This document shows positions 38,544 to 50,731 of a stretch of DNA of 64,000 bases, piece after piece. The position numbers and the translations under genes were made by a program. The notes beneath the pieces were generated by a model. The model searched no databases. It was not told the origin of the DNA and saw only the letters and a list, made by a program, of their open reading frames with translations. Source of the stretch: Mustelus asterias (taxonomy: Eukaryota); NCBI RefSeq assembly GCF_964213995.1, contig NC_135808.1, forward strand, positions 12,586,001 to 12,650,000. The letters run 5' to 3'. Numbering within the stretch: position 1 is the first letter of the stretch; every line of letters starts with the position of its first letter.

Positions 38544-38609
38544 CCAATGAGGGAACTAAACAGCCACTGCACAGAAAAGCAGAGCTGCCAAGCCGGCGGA
38601 ATGAGCCTC

Positions 38610-40172
38610 AGAATCATAGAGTTTTACAGCATGGAAACAGGCCCTTCGGCCCAACTCGTCCATGCCGCCCTTTTCTTTTAAACCCCAAAGCTAATCCCAA
38701 TTCCCCACATTTGGCCCATATCCCTCTGTACCCATCTTACCCATGTAACTGTCTAAGTGCTTTTTAAAAGACAAAATTGTACCCTCCTCTACTACTACCT
38801 CTGGCAGCTTGTTGCAGACTCTCACCACCCTGTGAGAGAGAAAGAATTGCCCCTCTGGACACTTCTGAATCTCTCCCCTCTCACCTTAAACGTATGCCCT
38901 CGTGTTTTAGACTCCCCTATCTTTGGGAAAATAAATTGACTATCGAGCTGATCTGTGCCCCTCATTATTTTATAGAACTCTATAAGATCACCCCTCAGCT
39001 TTCTCCGCTCCAGAGAAAAAAGTCCCAGTCTATCCAGCCTCTCCTTATAACTCAAACCATCAAGTCCCAGTTGCATCCCAGTAAATCTTTTCTGCACTCT
39101 TTCTAGTTTAATATCCTTTCTATAATAGGGTGACCCGAACTGTACACAGTATTCCAAGTGTGGCCTTACCAATGGCTTGTACAACTTCAACAAGATGTCC
39201 CAACTCCTGTCTTCAATGTTCCGACCAATGAAACCAAGCATGCTGAATGCCTTCTTCACCGCTCTGTCCACCTGTGACTTCACTTTCAAGGAGCTACGCA
39301 CATGTACCCCAAGATTTCTTTGATCTGTAACTCTCCGCAATGCACTACCATTAACTGAGTGAGTCCTGCCCTGCTTTAATCTACCAAAATGCATCACCTC
39401 GCATTTGTCCAAATTAAACTCCATCTGCCATTCGTCAGCCCACTGGCCCAATTGATCAAGATCCCGTTGCAATTGGAGATAACTTTCTTCACTGCCCACT
39501 ATGCCACCAATCTTGGTGTCATCTGCAAACTTACTAACCATGCCTCCTATATAACAAAGAGAACAAAGAACAATACAGCACAGGAACAGGCCCTTCGGCC
39601 CTCCAAGCCTGCACCGATCATGTGTTCCTAACTAGACCATCCGTTTGTATCCCTCTATTCCCAGTCTGTTCATGTGGCTATCTAGATAAGTCTTGAATGA
39701 TCCTAGCATGTCTGCCTCAACCACCTTGCTTGGTAGTGCATTCCAGGCCCCCACCACCCTGTGTAAAATACGCCCCCTCATATCTGTATTGAACCTTGCC
39801 CCCCTTACCTTGAACTTCTGACCCCTTGTGTTTGTCATTTCTGAACTGGGAAAAAGCTTCCAACTGTTCATCCTATCTATGCCCTTCATAATTTTATAAA
39901 CTTCTATTAGGTCGCCCCTCAACCTCCGTCTTTCCAGGGAAAACAACCCTATTTACTCAATCTCACCTCATAGCTAATACCCTCCATACCAGGCAACATC
40001 CTGGTAAACCTTTTCTGCACTCGCTCTCCAAAGCCTCCACATCCTTCTGGTAGTGTGGCGACCAGAACTGGACGCAGTATTCTAAATGTGGCCTAACCAA
40101 CGTTCTATATAACTGCAACATCATATGCCAACTTTTATACTCTATGCCCCATCCAATAAAGGCAAGCATGCC
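38610..40172 (-). mobile_element. Two stacked CR1 3' fragments
   Basis: ORFs 38822-39541 and 39632-39946 (LVRPHLEYCVQFW, LFSLERRRLRGDLIE). Confidence 0.9.
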
Positions 40173-42176
40173 ATAGAACATAGAACAGTACAGCACAGAA
40201 CAGGCCCTTCGGCCCACGATGTTGTGCCGAGCTTTATCTGAAACCAAGATCAAGCTATCCCACTCACTATCATCCTGGTGTGCTCCATGTGCCTATCCAA
40301 TAACCGCTTAAATGTTCCTAAAGTGTCTGACTCCACTATCACTGCAGGCAGTCCATTCCACACCCCAACCACTCTCTGCGTAAAGAACCTATCTCTGATA
40401 TCCTTCCTATATCTCCCACCATGAACCCGATAGTTATGCCCCCTTGTAATAGCTCCATCCACCCGAGGAAATAGTCTTTGAACGTTCACTCTATCTATCC
40501 CCTTCATCATTTTATAAACCTCTATGAAGTCTCCCCTCAGCCTCCTCCGCTCCAGAGAGAACAGCCCGAGCTCCCACAACCTTTCCTCATAAGACCTACC
40601 CTCCAAACCAGGCAACATCCTGGTAAATCTGCTCTGCACTCTTTCCAGCGCTTCCACATCCTTCTTATAGTGAGGTGACCAGAACTGCACACAATATTCC
40701 AAATGTGGTCTCACCAAGGTCCTGTACAGTTGCAGCATAACCCCACGGCTCTTAAACTCCAACCCCCTGTTAATAAAAGCTAACACACTATAGGCCTTCT
40801 TCACAGCTCTATCCACTTGAGTAGCAACCTTCAGAGATCTGTGGATATGGACCCCAAGATCTCTCTGTTCCTCCACAGTCTTCAAAACCCTACCTTTGAC
40901 CCTGTAATCCACATTTAAATTAGTCCCACCAAAATGAATCACCTCGCATTTATCAGGGTTAAACTCCATTTGCCATTTTTCAGCCCAGCTCTGCATCCTA
41001 TCTATATCTCTTTGCAGCCTACAACAGCCCTCCACCTCATCCACTACTCCACCAATCTTGGTGTCATCAGCAAATTTACTGAGCCACCCTTCAGCCCCCT
41101 CCTCCAAGTCATTTATAAAAATTACAAAGAGCAGAGGACCAAGCACTGATCCCTGTGGCACTCCGCTGGTAACCGGTTTCCAGTCTGAAAATTTTCCATC
41201 CACCACCACCCTCTGTCTTCTGTTAGATAGCCAGTTACCTATCCAATCGGCCAAACTTCCCTCTATCCCACACATCCTTACTTTCATCATAAGCCGACCA
41301 TGGGGGACCTTATCAAACGCCTTACTAAAATCCATGTATATGACATCAACTGCACTACCTTCATCTACACACTTAGTTACCTCCTCAAAAAATTCTATCA
41401 AATTTGTGAGGCAAGACTTGCCCTTCACAAATCCGTGCTGACTATCCCAGATTAAGCTGCATCTTTCTAAATGGGCGTAAATCCTATCCCCAAGGACCTT
41501 TTCCATCAACTTACCGACCACCGAAGTAAGACTAACCGGCCTATAATTACCAGGGTCATTTCTATTCCCTTTCTTAAACAGAGAAACCACATTCGCCACT
41601 CTCCAGTCCTCGGGCACCATCCCCGTGGACAGTGAGGACGCAAAGATCAAAGCCAAAGGCTCTGCTATCTCATCCCTTGCCTCCCAAAGAATCCTAGAAT
41701 ATATTTCATCAGGCCCAGGGGACTTATCAACTTTCAGTTTATTCAAAATTGCTAGTACATCTTCCCTCCGAACATCTACTTCCTCCAGCCTATCAGCCTG
41801 TGACACCATCTCTTCCTCAAAAACATGGCCCCTCTCCTTGGTGAACACCGAAGAAAAGTATTCATTCATCACCTCTCCTATCTCTTCTGACTCCATGCAC
41901 AAATTCCCACTGCCGTCCTTGACCGGCCCCAGCCTCACCCTGGTCATTCTTTTATTCCTCACAGAAGAGTAAAAAGCCTTGGGGTTTTCCTTGATCCAAC
42001 CCGCCAAGTATTTCTCATACCCCCTCCTAGCTCTCCTAAGCCCCTTTTTCAGCTCATTTCTTGCTAACTTGTAACCCTCCATCGGGCCAACTGAACCTTG
42101 TTTTCTCAACCTAACATATGCTTCCTTCTTCCTCTTGACAAGACATTCCACCTCTTTTGTGAACCATGGTTCCCTC
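40173..42176 (-). mobile_element. Young CR1 (HER1-like) LINE, 5'-truncated, with an uninterrupted 633-aa RT ORF
   Basis: ORF 40250-42151: NYRPVSLTS, YMDFSKAFDKVPH, GVPQGSVLGP, KFADDTK; (ttctatg)n tail. Confidence 0.95.
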
Positions 42177-42179
42177 TTT

Positions 42180-43745
42180 GTGAAGTGTTAGGTTTGTTAG
42201 GAAATATTAAGACAGACAAATCCCCAGGGTCAGATGGCATCTATCCTCAGGGAGGCAAGAGATGAAATTGCTGGGCCTCTAACAGAAATCTTTGTCTCTT
42301 CACTGGACACAGGTGAGGCCCCAGAGGATTGGAGGATAGCAAATATGGCCCCACTATTTAAGAAGGGTAGCAAGGATAACCCGGGTAATTATAGGCCGGT
42401 GAGCTTGACATCTGTGGTAGGGAAATTGTTGGAGAAGATTATTAGAGATAGGATATATGCGCATTTAGAACTGAATAATCTCATTAGCGATAGACAGCAT
42501 GGTTTTGTACGAGGGAGGTCAGGCCTCACAAATTTGGTTGAGTTTTTTTGAGAAGGTGACAAAAACGATTGACGAGGGAAGGGCCCTGGATGTCATCCAA
42601 ATGGATTTTGACAAGGTTCCTCATGGCAGGCTGGTGCAAAAGGTTAAATCTCACGGGATAAAAGGTGAGCTAGCTAGATGGGTGGAGAACTGGCTTAGCC
42701 ATCAAAGACAGAGGGTCGCAGTGGAGGGGTCTTTTTCCAGTTGGAGGTCTGTGACTAGTGGTGTTCCGCAGGGCTCTGTACTGGGACCACTGCTGTTTGT
42801 GATATATATAAATGATTTGGAAGAAGACGTAGCTGGTGTGATCAATAAGTTTGCGGATGACACAAAGATTGCTGGAGTTGCAGATAGTGATGAACATTGT
42901 CAGAGAATACAGCAGGATATAGATAGGCTGGAACATTGGGCGGAGAAATGGCAGATGGAATTTAATCCAGATAAATGCTAAGTGATGCATTTCGGTAGAT
43001 CTAACGTAAGGGGGAGCTATACAATAAATGGCAGAACCATCAGGAGTATAGACACACAGAGGGACCTGGGTGTGCAAGTCCACAGATCCTTAAAGGTGGC
43101 AGCACAGATGGAGAGGGTGGTGAAGAAGGAATATGGCATGCTTATCTTTATAGGACGGGGCATAGAATATAAAAGTTGGCATATGATGTTGCAGCTGTAT
43201 AGAAGGTTGGTTAGGCCACATTTGGAATACTGCATCTAGTTCTGGTCGCCACACTACCAGAAGGACGTGGAGGCTTTGGAGAGAGTACAGAAAAGGTTTA
43301 CCACGATGTTGCCTGGTATGGAGGGTCATAGCTATGAGGAGAGATTGGGTAAACTGGGGCTGTTCTCCCTGGAAAGACGGAGGATGAGGGGCGACCTAAT
43401 AGAGGTGTATAAAATTATGAAGGGCATAGATAGGGTGAACAGTGGGAAGCTTTTTCCCAGGTCAGAGGTGACGAACACAAGGGGTCACGGGTTCAAGGTG
43501 AGGGAGGCAAGGTTCAACACAGATGTCAGGGGGACGTATTTTACACAGAGGGTGGTGGGGGCCTGGAATGCACTGCCAAGCAAGGTGGTTGAGGCGGACG
43601 TGCTGGGATCGTTTAAGACTTATCTAGATAGCCACATGAACAGACTGGGAATAGAGGGATACAAAAGAATGGTCTAGTTGGGCACATGAGCGGCGCAGGC
43701 TCGGAGGGCCGAAGGGCCTGTTCCTGTGCTGTATTGTTCTTTGTA
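42180..43745 (+). mobile_element. CR1 LINE RT fragment to 3' end
   Basis: ORFs 42234-43677 carry CR1 RT motifs, frameshifted. Confidence 0.9.
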
Positions 43746-44014
43746 ACCAGAGTGCAACACGATTTACACAGAAAACTTTAAAAAGCACTGCACCATTTGC
43801 AATATCCATTTGAAATATCTAATGTTTCTTTAACTGTATTGAAGAGTAATACCACAGGAGGGATTCAAACACAAGTATGGAGGTCGCAAAATTCCCCAAT
43901 CAGAACGGTGACACCAAAAGAGGGATTCAAACACAACAAATAGTAAAATTAACTAATTTATTGCACTGAAGCACCTCAAGATGAAACCTAATGAACATAG
44001 CCCAGTCTATCACA

Positions 44015-45815
44015 TAAATCAGCCGCCTGTCCACTGACTCACTTCCCGCTGCCTCAGAGAAGCAGCCAGCATAATCAAGGACCCCACACACCCGACATAC
44101 TCTCTTCCATCCAGAAAAAGATACAAAAGTCTGAAGTCACACACCAACTGACTCAAGAACAGCTTCTTCCCTGCTGCCATCAGACTTTTGAATGGACCTC
44201 CATATTTTATCTTATAGTTCATCTAATATGGTTTATCTTTCTCTACCCGCTAGCTATGACTCATGCTACATTCTGCACCTCCTTTCCTTCTCTATGTACG
44301 ATATGCTTTGTCTTTATGGCACGCAAGAAACAATACTTTTCACTGTATACCAGGGGTCTCCAAACTACGGCTTGCGGGCCACATCCGGCCCGCAGCCAGT
44401 GGGGCGGGACGGGATTCCCGCTGCTGAAAACACTCCCTCATCCGGAACCCCGCCGCTGACTCAGGATCCAGACGCGGGAACGGAAGCCACAGGCCGGACA
44501 TTCGCTGCCACTCCGCGCAATGTCTGATGGACCCATGAGAATCCCCGCCCTCTTTACCGGCCTATTGTCCAATCAGAGCTGCCGTCCTGTGACTGACAGT
44601 TCATTAAACGAATCAGCATTTGAGACATCTGTTATCAAATTGCCGCTCTGCATTGACCGAGTGACAGCTGCTTTATCCAATCTGTAAGCTCCATCTGTCT
44701 GAAATGAGCGCGAATAATGACAATGATGGCGGCAATTCAGACCAATTCAGTTATGGAAGGAAAAAAAGAAAAGTGGACAGTCAGTGCCGCCTGTTTAATG
44801 AAAGTACTTCTTTGTACAAGCAGGTGATAAAGCCTCGTGTGTCATATGCAACAAAACTGTTGCAGTTTTGAAGGAGTACAATGTACGTCGGCACTATGAG
44901 ACCAAACATGAACCAAGTTATTCCCAATTCACAGGAACACAGCTTTCGGAAAAATTTGAATCAATGCAATGCAGGTTGCTTTCCCAACAAGCTTTTTTTA
45001 CTCAGAAGAAAACTGAAAATGAAGCTTTAACCAGGGCCAGTTAAAAACTAGCTTATGTGTTGGCTAAAGGAGGAAAGCCATTCACCGATGGAGATCTCAT
45101 CAAAGAATGTATAATGGAAGCAGTGGAAGAGTTGTGCCCAGAAAAAGCAAATCTGTTCAAAATCATCAGTCTTGTGCCAAATACAATCGTAGAATTGAGG
45201 ATATAGGAAGCAATATATTTCATCAAATTGCAGACAAAGCAAGAAATTTTCAGTTGTATTCTCTCGCACTTGATGAATCGACTGATGTGTGTGACACATC
45301 ACAACTCCTAGTATTCATCCGTGGCGTCGACAGTGAATTTAATGTCACACAAGAATTAGCATCAGTGCATAGCATGCACAGCACAGTAACTGGAGAAGAC
45401 ATCTTCAAAGAATTGCAAAAAACTGTTAGAATATAACATGGAGTGGAATAAACTGCAATGCGTGACAATTGATGGAGGAAAGAACATGTCTGGGGTGAAG
45501 AAAGGTTTGGTTGGACAAATCACAAAAGCTTGTGAGGTTGGAGGATTCTCAAAGCCCATGTTTCTGCATTGCATTATCCATCAACAAGCATTGTGCGGAA
45601 AATATGTGGATATGTCTTGCATTCTGAAATCTGTTGTTTCAACAGTGAATTTCATTCGATCTCACGGGCTTAATCATCGACAGTTCATTTATAAAACAAA
45701 TTTTTTTTCTTTGGCCCCTGGAAATGTGTAAAATATACGATGTGGCCCTCGTACTGAAAAGTTTGGAGGCCCCTGCTGTATACTAATACATGTGACAATT
45801 ATAAATCAAATCAAA
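44015..45815 (+). mobile_element. Rex1/Babar LINE 3' end, split by the hAT insertion
   Basis: AASIIKDPTHP..RYKSLK..LKNSFFPAAIRLLN, tail ttttcactgtatac..tacatgtgacaattataaatcaaatc. A second copy lies at ~49780-50135. Confidence 0.75.
44351..45775 (+). mobile_element. hAT (Charlie/SPIN, GTF2IRD2-like transposase) DNA transposon, internally deleted
   Basis: TIRs CAGGGGTCTCCAAACT / AGTTTGGAGGCCCCTG, 8-bp TSD CTGTATAC, transposase remnants CVIC..RRHYETKH, YSLALDESTD..QLLVFIRGVD and HCIIHQQALCGK. Confidence 0.92.
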
Positions 45816-46269
45816 TGATGAGTGTGAAACTGAGTTCCAGATCATGGCTCACCCCTTCTGTTGCATATGAATAAATAGAAGGCTCAGACCCTCATTCGTG
45901 CCTATGTTACATCTAAACTCAACAATTCCAATACACTCCAGGCTGGTGTCACACATCCCCATATCTGTCTATCTCAGCATTTCTCTCTCTCTTGCTTTCT
46001 CCCCATATCTGTCTACCTCACTGTGGATTAACCATATCCATGTTTCAAGATAGCACCAGAGCGTGACAACTCTTCGCAAGCTATGTATCGTACGATTTGC
46101 ATGGCTGGCATGCAAAACAATACTTTTAGCACCATCATAACCTCCCTGCTTTTACATACAATTCCTCAGTTAATTTAGGCAACCAACTATCCCTCCACTC
46201 TCTGAAATAGGGTCACGGGATCTTGTGTAATTTCCTGAGAGTGCAGACGAAGTACTGGGGAGTGCAGCC

Positions 46270-47420
46270 GAGGTTGAGGGGAGACCCGATAGAAGTCTAC
46301 AAGATTATGAGAGGCATGGACGGACTGGACAGTCGGCAGCTTTTTCCCAGGGTGGAAGAGTCAATTACGAGGGGGCACAGGTTTAAGGTGCGAGGGGCAA
46401 GGTTTAAAGGAGATGTACGAGGCAGATTTTTTTTTTTAAACAGAGGGTAGTGGGTGCCTGGAACTCGTTGCCGGGGGAGGTAGTGGAAGCGGATACGGTA
46501 GTGACTTTTAAGGGGCGTCTTGACAAGTACATGAATAGGATGGGAATAGAGGAATATGGTCCCCGGAAGGGTAGGGGGTGTAGTTAAGTCGGGCAGCATG
46601 GTTGGTGCAGGCTTGGAGGGCCGAAGGGCCTGTTCCTATGCTGTAATTTTCTCTTTTTCTTTCTTTCACTGTATTTTGGTACATGTGACAATAATAAATT
46701 GAATCAAAAATGTTATTTGACCACAATCAAAGCCCATATCAGATCCTATTCATATTCAATAAATCTCATTTTAAAAATCAGAAATGACTGATTAACTTTA
46801 GTCCAATAATTTGACTTGCAATTTTGGTCTCCACAGAGTCATAGAGGTTTATAACATGGAAAAAGGCCCTTTTTTTTAAACCACTAGGCTAGTCCCAATT
46901 GCCTGCATTTGGCACATATCCCTCTATACCTCTTACTGTCTAAATACTTTTTAAAAGAGAAAATTGTATCCGCCTCTGGCAGCTTGTTCCAGACACTCAC
47001 CACCTTCTGTGTGAAAGCATTGCCCCACTGAATCCTTTTGTATCTATCCCCTCTCCCCTTAAATCTGTGCCTTCCAGTTTTGTACTCTGCTACCTTTGGG
47101 AAAGGATGTTGACTACCGAGCTGATCTATGCTCCTCATTATTTTATAGACCTCTATAAGATCACCCCTCACCCTCCTACACACCAGGGAAAAACGTCCCA
47201 GTCTATCCAGCCTCTCCATATCACTCAAACCATCAAGTCCCAGTAGCATCCTAGTAAATCTATTCTGCACTCTCCCCTAGTTTAATAATATCCTTTCTCT
47301 AATAGGGTGACCAAAACTGTACATAGTATTCCAAGTGTCGCCGTACCAATATCTTGTACAACTTCAACAAAACATCCAACACCTGTATTCAATGTTCTGA
47401 CCAATGAAACCAAGCAGGCA
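46270..47420. mobile_element. CR1 3' fragments (+ 46270-46660, - 46835-47420)
   Basis: RLRGDPIEVYKIMRG and related motifs. Confidence 0.8.
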
Positions 47421-47994
47421 AACTGCATCGAAGAGAGGACAGCAAGGACTCACTAAATTAATGGGATGAGCAGGGATCTGAAGATTTCACCCATCATTCT
47501 TAACTTCCTACAATCCATAGGATTTGACAACGAGATCAGTCTACTCACCCAAATTAACCTCAACAAAAGCCAAAAGGATAAGCCCCAAGCTCCAAAAGAA
47601 TTACCACCAGGAGTATTATTGTTTTGCAAGACAGTTTGCCCTCAATGTTGCTTCAGAGCGATTCTCCCCCCCAATTCATACAAGTTCATTGATTTCCCCA
47701 CTGATACTGAGAGCAATGGCACAGTGATGAACACGACTGCCTCAGAGCATCAGGAGCCCGGGCTTCCCAGCTTGGGTCACTGCCTAAGGAGTTTGCACAT
47801 TCTCCCTGTGTGAGCCTGCGTGAGTTTCTTCCGGGTGCTCCAGTTTCATCCCACAGTCCAAAAGGCGTGTTGGTTTGATGCTAATTTCTCCCTCAGTGTA
47901 CCCGAACAGACGCCGGAGTGTGGCGACTAGAGGATTTTCACAGTAACTCCATTGCAGTGTTAATTTGAGCCGACGTTGGGACATATCTTTTAGA

Positions 47995-48375
47995 AAGCGA
48001 GAGGCGGGGCTGCTGGCTGCCAAGGAGAGAGAGCGAGGGGGGGGGGCGCACTGAGAGAGAGGGGGGGCGGGGCCGAGAGAGGGGGGCGGGGCCGCCGAGA
48101 GAGAGAGAGAGTGAGAGCGAGCAACGGGGCCTGCTGACTCGCAGCAGGGCTGCTAAGAGAGAGAGAGAGAGGGGGCAGGGCTGCCGAGAGAGCGAGCGCA
48201 AGCGGGGCTGCCGAGAGAGAGCGCGAGGGGGGGGGGGGGGGGGCCGCCGAGTGAGAGAGAGAGCGTGAGGGGGACAGGGCCGCCGAGAGAGAGCGCGCGG
48301 AGGGGGGGGGGGGGGGGCGCCGAGAGAGAGAGAGCGAGGGGGGCGGGTCTGCCGAGATAGAGAGAGAGAGAGAAC
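47995..48375. repeat. G/GA-rich low-complexity minisatellite
   Basis: Repeated gccgagagagag and poly-G runs. Confidence 0.85.
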
Positions 48376-49029
48376 AAAACACAGAGCAAATGAAGGGGTC
48401 ACGACAGAAACAGAAGTAGTTGGAGAAACCCAGTCGGTCTGTCAGTCCTGCTGAATTTCTCCAGCATTTTCTCCTTTAGTTTCAGATTCCAGCATCTGCA
48501 GTATTGTGCCTTCAGTGGGTGGCACAGTGGTTCGCACAGCGCCGAGGACCCAGGTTCAATTCCCGGCTTGCGTCACTGTCCGTAAGATGTTCGAGTTACA
48601 TACGTTAGCCATGCTAAATTCTCTCGTATCCGATAAGGCACCGGAGTGTGACGACTAGGGAATTTTCACAGTAACTCCATTGCAGTGTTAGTGTAAGCCT
48701 ACGCTGGGACATTTCTTTTGGAGGGAGAGGGGCCACCGAGGTGAGAAGGAGGGGCTGCCACGCCTAACTTAATAGAATCCCGACAATGCAAAAGAGGCCA
48801 TTTGGCCCATCGAGTCTGCACAAACTCTCTGACAAGGGTATCTTACCCAGGCCCTCTCCCGCATCCTATCCCTACAACCCTAATTTATTGCCATTCTGTG
48901 ACTGCCTGGGCAATTGAATAAACTATCACCATTTACAAGGGTGGATTTCTGCATGTGTGCACTCCCACTCGAAGTCCACGTTTGCGTTGGCAGGAGATCA
49001 AATGCACGTGCAAACTCGGGGCAAGATTT

Positions 49030-49263
49030 AAAAAAAATGTAAAGTCGCCAATGTCCCAGATGACGATATGTTGCTCTCCCCTTTGAGGGGGGAGAGCTGA
49101 CTGGTGGTGATCTCACATGAGGGTCACCATACCTCAGATGAGGGGCACGGTTGAAAAGGCAAGCCTTCATGAACCTCAGCCAGTAAGCAAATTGAACCCA
49201 TGCTGTTGGCATCGCTCTGCATCACTAACCAGCTGGGCAGCCAACTGAGCTAAACCGACCCCC
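49030..49263 (-). mobile_element. tRNA-derived SINE of a different family
   Basis: GGGGTCGGTTTAGCTCAGTTGG (A box)..GGGTTCAATT (B box) with an unrelated body. Confidence 0.7.
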
Positions 49264-50731
49264 GAAGTAACTTATTCTTCCAATACCCGAAACATTTTGC
49301 GGTTTTGCACTTTGACTTCGTTTTTCAAAAAAAAACTAAACACTTGTCTCCTACGCAATCACCACAGATTTAAATTCAAATTATTCATGATCTAGATCTT
49401 GGTGTGCAGGGAACAATTTCAAAGATGACACAAAATTTGGATGCATTGTAAACTGTGAAGAGGGCAGTGTGGAACTTCAAAGGGGCATAGGCAAGTGGGC
49501 AGATTAGTGGCAAATAAAATTCAATGCAGAAAAGTTCGAGGTGATTAATTTTGGAAGGAAGAACATGAACTGTCAATATAAAGGCTACAATTCTTAAAGG
49601 GGTGCAGGAGCAGAGGGACCTACGAGGATGACAGTAAAATCGGGAGAAAAAAAAACAGAATCTAATCAGCTAAACGTGAAAGTCAAGGCAAACAGTCATC
49701 AGGAGTTGCCCTTAACCAAGTGTTGCAGACTGGCACATTCCAAAGGCCAGGACTATGTGCTGATAGGCACTTCTGCTGATATATACACTTCCCACTGCCT
49801 CAGGAAAGCAGCCGGTATAATCAAGGACCCCATGCACCCCGACATACTCTCTTCCACCTTCCGTCAGGAAAAGATACAGAAGTCCGAAGACACATAACAA
49901 CCGACTCGAGAACAGTTTCTTCCCTGCTGTCATCAGACTTGAATGATCCTATCACACACCAAGCTGATCTTTCTCTTCACTTTATCGGTAACTGCAACAT
50001 TATATTCTGCACCCTCTCCTTTCCTTCTCCCCTATGTACTCTACGAACTGTATGTTGTATGTAACAGCTTGCAAGAAACAATACTTTTCGCTGCATCCCA
50101 AAACATGTGACAATAATAAATCAATTCAATTAAATTCAATGAATGTTGAATATTATTGAATACCTGAATGTTATTGCACCATGGGCCATTTTGAAATGGT
50201 GTAATGTTCTTTCAGATAATTTTACGAATAAAATACATGTTTGCAAAGAAAGGTTATCGGGTCCTTCAAATCCAGCTCAATGTGGGATCTTAGAATCCCT
50301 ACAGTACAGAAAGAGGCCATTTGGCCCATCGAGTCTGCACCGACCACAATCCCACCCAGGCCCTACCCCCATATCCCTACACATTTCATAGAAACCCTAC
50401 AGTGCAGAAGGAGGCCATTCGGCCCATCGAGTCCGCACCGACCACAATCCCACCCAGGCCCTACCCCCACATATTTTACCCGCTAATGTACGCATCTCAG
50501 GACTCTAAGGGGCAATTTTTAACCTGGCCAATCAACCTAACCCGCACATCTTTGGACTGTGGGAGGAAACCGGAGCACCCGGAGGAAACCCACGCAGACA
50601 CGAGGAGAATGTGCAAACTCCACACAGACAGTGACCCGAACCGGGAATCGAACCCGGGACCCTGGAGCTGTGAAGCAGCAGTGCTAACCACTGTGCTACC
50701 AAGGGAAATACAGCAACATTTTTTAAATGGC

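Noticed and set aside
47540-47700. Hydrophobic minus-strand stretch ending at a GTGAGT donor-like site
   Set aside because: No convincing acceptor, ATG or frame, so it is not supportable as a TM or leader exon.
49185-49263. tRNA gene
   Set aside because: A and B boxes continue into a SINE body with no acceptor-stem closure. The same applies to all V-SINE heads.
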